Shown here: piece by piece, positions 16,839 to 19,623 of the stretch
Numbering within the stretch: the stretch's first letter is position 1
How the letters are laid out: every line of letters starts with the position of its first letter
Virus record (IMG/VR): IMGVR_UViG_2681813223_000024
Strand: one strand, 5' to 3'
Source: a virus
Lineage: Duplodnaviria; Heunggongvirae; Uroviricota; Caudoviricetes
DNA: 19,623 nt
The notes under the pieces: model-generated
What the model saw: the letters and a program-made list of their open reading frames with translations, nothing else
The model's database searches: none
Told to the model about the DNA's origin: nothing
Position numbers and translations under genes: made by a program

Positions 16839-17640
16839 GCAACCACCAATCGCAAAAGCCGATCTGCAAAAAACTCAGGGAAACCGTGCACCAGCAGCAA
16901 TTAAAAATAACGACGTGATTAGTTTTATTAACCAGCCATCAATGAAAGAGCAACTGGCAGCAGCTCTTCCACGCCATATGACGGCTGAACGTATGATCCG
17001 TATCGCCACCACAGAAATTCGTAAAGTTCCGGCGTTAGGAAACTGTGACACTATGAGTTTTGTCAGTGCAATCGTACAGTGTTCACAGCTCGGACTTGAG
17101 CCCGGTAGCGCCCTCGGTCATGCATATTTACTGCCTTTTGGTAATAAAAACGAAAAGAGCGGTAAAAAAAACGTTCAGCTAATCATTGGCTATCGAGGCA
17201 TGATTGATCTGGCTCGCCGTTCAGGTCAAATCGCCAGCTTGTCAGCCCGTGTTGTCCGTGAAGGTGACGAGTTTAATTTCGAATTTGGCCTTGATGAAAA
17301 GTTAATACACCGCCCAGGAGAAAACGAAGATGCCCCTGTTACCCACGTCTATGCTGTCGCAAGACTGAAAGACGGAGGTACTCAGTTTGAAGTTATGACG
17401 CGCAAACAGATTGAGCTGGTGCGCAGCCAGAGTAAAGCTGGTAATAACGGGCCGTGGGTAACTCACTGGGAAGAAATGGCAAAGAAAACGGCTATTCGTC
17501 GCCTGTTCAAATATCTGCCCGTATCAATTGAGATCCAGCGTGCAGTATCAATGGATGAAAAGGAACCACTGACAATCGATCCTGCAGATTCCTCTGTATT
17601 AACCGGGGAATACAGTGTAATCGATAATTCAGAGGAATAA
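16831..17640 (+). CDS. recT: RecT single-strand annealing recombinase (269 aa)
   Basis: Start at [42 protein letters not shown] overlapping the recE stop by 8 nt; an ATG 6 nt upstream (MQMTKQ) is an alternative start. Confidence 0.93.
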   Translation: MTKQPPIAKADLQKTQGNRAPAAIKNNDVISFINQPSMKEQLAAALPRHMTAERMIRIATTEIRKVPALGNCDTMSFVSAIVQCSQLGLEPGSALGHAYLLPFGNKNEKSGKKNVQLIIGYRGMIDLARRSGQIASLSARVVREGDEFNFEFGLDEKLIHRPGENEDAPVTHVYAVARLKDGGTQFEVMTRKQIELVRSQSKAGNNGPWVTHWEEMAKKTAIRRLFKYLPVSIEIQRAVSMDEKEPLTIDPADSSVLTGEYSVIDNSEE

Positions 17641-17695
17641 TTCAGCCTGGCGGTGTAATGCACCGCCAACTTGAAATATTTTTATGAGAAAAATT

Positions 17696-17845
17696 ATGAG
17701 ATATGACAATGTTAAACCATGTCCATTTTGTGGTTGTCCATCAGTAACGGTGAAAGCCATTTCAGGATATTACCGAGCGAAGTGTAACGGATGCGAATCC
17801 CGAACCGGTTATGGTGGAAGTGAAAAAGAAGCACTCGAACGATGA
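17696..17845 (+). CDS. ralR: RalR/Lar-type restriction-alleviation toxin, apparently truncated to 49 aa by an in-frame TGA
   Basis: MRYDNVKPCPFCGCPSVTVKAISGYYRAKCNGCESRTGYGGSEKEALER then TGA at 17843..17845. The same frame continues NKRTTGNNNGGVHV to a TAA at 17888..17890, which matches the recalled 64-aa RalR C-terminus where Trp (TGG) stands in place of this stop. Confidence 0.6.
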   Translation: MRYDNVKPCPFCGCPSVTVKAISGYYRAKCNGCESRTGYGGSEKEALER

Positions 17846-17882
17846 AATAAACGAACCACTGGAAATAATAATGGAGGTGTTC

Positions 17883-18071
17883 ATGTATAAAATTACCGCC
17901 ACTATTGAAAAGGAAGGTGGCACTCCTACTAACTGGACAAGATATTCAAAATCTAAACTAACGAAATCAGAATGCGAAAAAATGCTCTCAGGTAAAAAAG
18001 AAGCAGGCGTTTCCAGAGAGCAGAAAGTAAAACTGATAAATTTTAATTGCGAGAAACTTCAGTCCTCGTGA
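17883..18071 (+). CDS. ydaC: Small Rac-type protein YdaC-like (62 aa)
   Basis: Start at MYKITATIEKEGG with GGAGGT 6 nt upstream; the ATG overlaps the position of the ancestral ralR stop. Confidence 0.65.
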   Translation: MYKITATIEKEGGTPTNWTRYSKSKLTKSECEKMLSGKKEAGVSREQKVKLINFNCEKLQSS

Positions 18072-18103
18072 ATTGCATTGTATTCAAATTAAAACTTCAT
18101 AGC

Positions 18104-18119
18104 TGATTATTAATAATCA
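18104..18119. repeat. Perfect 16-bp A/T-rich palindrome upstream of xis (TGATTATTAATAATCA)
   Basis: Self-complementary 16-mer about 50 nt upstream of the xis start. Confidence 0.35.
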
Positions 18120-18170
18120 ACATCGGGCGTCAATTTAAGTCTAACATTGGCGCCTGCCAGAGGTGATGCG

Positions 18171-18386
18171 ATGGCACAAGTAATCTTTAATGAAGAGTGG
18201 ATGGTTGAATACGGCCTGATGCTTCGCACTGGTCTGGGGGCCAGACAAATTGAAGCATACCGCCAGAACTGTTGGGTGGAAGGCTTCCACTTCAAACGAG
18301 TATCTCCTTTAGGGAAGCCAGACAGTAAGCGAGGGATTATCTGGTATAACTATCCAAAGATAAATCAGTTTATCAAAGACTCATGA
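18171..18386 (+). CDS. xisR: Excisionase-like protein (71 aa)
   Basis: Start at [35 protein letters not shown] with AGGTGA upstream; immediately before int; matches recalled Rac YdaQ/XisR. Confidence 0.8.
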   Translation: MAQVIFNEEWMVEYGLMLRTGLGARQIEAYRQNCWVEGFHFKRVSPLGKPDSKRGIIWYNYPKINQFIKDS

Positions 18387-18387
18387 T

Positions 18388-19623
18388 ATGTCTAAATTAC
18401 CAACAGGTGTCGAGATTCGAGGTAAATACATTCGCATCTGGTTCATGTTTCGAGGAAAACGATGTCGGGAAACATTGAAAGGCTGGGAGGTTACTAACAG
18501 TAACATTAAAAAAGCCGGGAATTTAAGAGCGTTGATAGTTCATGAAATCAATTCCGGTGAGTTTGAGTATTTAAGACGTTTTCCCCAGTCCAGCACTGGG
18601 GCAAAAATGGTGACAACGAGGGTCATAAAAACGTTCGGGGAGCTTTGTGATATCTGGACAAAAATTAAAGAAACAGAGTTAACAACAAACACAATGAAGA
18701 AAACGAAATCACAATTAAAAACACTCAGGATAATAATTTGTGAGAGTACTCCGATATCGCATATTCGTTATAGCGATATCTTAAACTACCGGAATGAACT
18801 GCTGCATGGAGAAACGCTTTACCTGGATAATCCAAGATCCAACAAAAAAGGAAGAACCGTGCGCACAGTTGATAACTATATCGCCCTGCTCTGTTCGTTG
18901 TTACGTTTTGCGTATCAGTCGGGATTTATATCAACCAAACCATTTGAAGGAGTAAAGAAATTACAGAGAAACAGAATAAAGCCTGACCCGTTATCTAAAA
19001 CAGAATTCAATGCATTAATGGAAAGTGAAAAAGGACAGAGCCAGAACTTGTGGAAATTTGCCGTATACTCCGGGCTTCGTCACGGGGAACTGGCTGCTCT
19101 GGCGTGGGAGGATGTGGATTTCGAGAAGGGAGTTGTGAATGTCAGAAGAAACCTGACGATACTGGATATGTTCGGTCCCCCAAAAACAAATGCGGGGATC
19201 CGGACGGTAACACTACTGCAGCCTGCTCTTGAAGCACTGAAGGAGCAATACAAACTGACCGGGCATCATCGCAAAAGCGAAATCACCTTTTATCATCGGG
19301 AGTACGGCAGAACCGAAAAGCAAAAACTGCATTTTGTTTTCATGCCCAGGGTGTGTAACGGAAAACAAAAACCTTATTACTCGGTAAGCAGTTTGGGGGC
19401 AAGGTGGAATGCAGCAGTAAAACGTGCTGGTATTCGCCGCCGTAATCCGTACCATACGCGGCATACTTTTGCCTGCTGGCTGTTGACGGCAGGAGCGAAC
19501 CCGGCATTTATAGCCAGCCAAATGGGGCATGAAACTGCGCAGATGGTGTATGAAATTTACGGTATGTGGATTGATGACATGAACGACGAACAGGTAGCCA
19601 TGTTGAATGCGCGGTTATCATAG
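18388..19623 (+). CDS. intR: Tyrosine-type site-specific integrase (411 aa)
   Basis: 411-aa ORF directly after xis, with a C-terminal catalytic region containing the R...HxxR...Y pattern (RHGELAAL, HTRHTFA, YEIYG); matches recalled Rac IntR. The window ends at its stop codon. Confidence 0.93.
   Translation: MSKLPTGVEIRGKYIRIWFMFRGKRCRETLKGWEVTNSNIKKAGNLRALIVHEINSGEFEYLRRFPQSSTGAKMVTTRVIKTFGELCDIWTKIKETELTTNTMKKTKSQLKTLRIIICESTPISHIRYSDILNYRNELLHGETLYLDNPRSNKKGRTVRTVDNYIALLCSLLRFAYQSGFISTKPFEGVKKLQRNRIKPDPLSKTEFNALMESEKGQSQNLWKFAVYSGLRHGELAALAWEDVDFEKGVVNVRRNLTILDMFGPPKTNAGIRTVTLLQPALEALKEQYKLTGHHRKSEITFYHREYGRTEKQKLHFVFMPRVCNGKQKPYYSVSSLGARWNAAVKRAGIRRRNPYHTRHTFACWLLTAGANPAFIASQMGHETAQMVYEIYGMWIDDMNDEQVAMLNARLS

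Larger units (their letters stand above)
1..19623. mobile_element. Segment of a Rac-like lambdoid prophage (late-region boundary through nin, replication, immunity, recET, xis-int)
   Basis: Gene content and order match lambdoid organisation: Q-like, nin genes, O/P-like replication pair, divergent cro-like/CI-like pair, sieB, kilR, racC, recE, recT, ralR, xis and int, with frequent ATGA stop/start overlaps. The prophage ends are not delimited in the window. Confidence 0.85.

Noticed and set aside
18110-18295. 61-aa minus-strand ORF
   Set aside because: Antisense to the xis gene and its leader.
1-19623. CRISPR array, insertion sequence or att core site
   Set aside because: No repeat-spacer periodicity or transposase ORF is present, and the window ends at the int stop so the attachment site cannot be assigned.

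Overview
The window is one continuous segment of a Rac-like lambdoid prophage of an E. coli-type enterobacterium, ending exactly at the integrase stop codon. Left to right it holds: a truncated TerB-like gene, a 65-nt N gap that cuts a phage tRNA, a terminator and Q-like antiterminator, nin-region genes (DUF1364/YbcO-like, DUF1367-like), then the replication/immunity block on the minus strand (hypothetical genes, YdaW-like, DnaC-like YdaV, O-like YdaU, YdaT, Cro-like) divergent from a CI-like repressor, and finally the plus-strand early-left operon (ydaG, ydaF, sieB opposite, kilR, ydaE, racC, recE, recT, ralR, ydaC, xis, int). The main finding is an AT-rich island of about 4 kb (about 2280..6350) in the nin region: a plus-strand two-gene operon encoding a GHKL/Bergerat-fold ATPase (MutL/MORC-like motifs readable by eye) and a translationally coupled 329-aa protein with no motifs I can recognise, convergent with and 33 bp overlapping a C5-cytosine DNA methyltransferase. 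I interpret this as a candidate MORC/MutL-type restriction-modification-like defence module, possibly undescribed; this is inference from motifs and gene context only. Secondary observations: a near-consensus promoter with an embedded 14-bp perfect palindrome, an in-frame amber stop splitting a prophage gene, a translationally coupled 27-aa hydrophobic ORF, three iteron-like palindromes around the O-like gene, a TGA-truncated ralR toxin gene, and operator-like AGTACAT repeats. Gene names come from recalled protein sequence and synteny, not from any database search; G+C contrasts are by-eye estimates.
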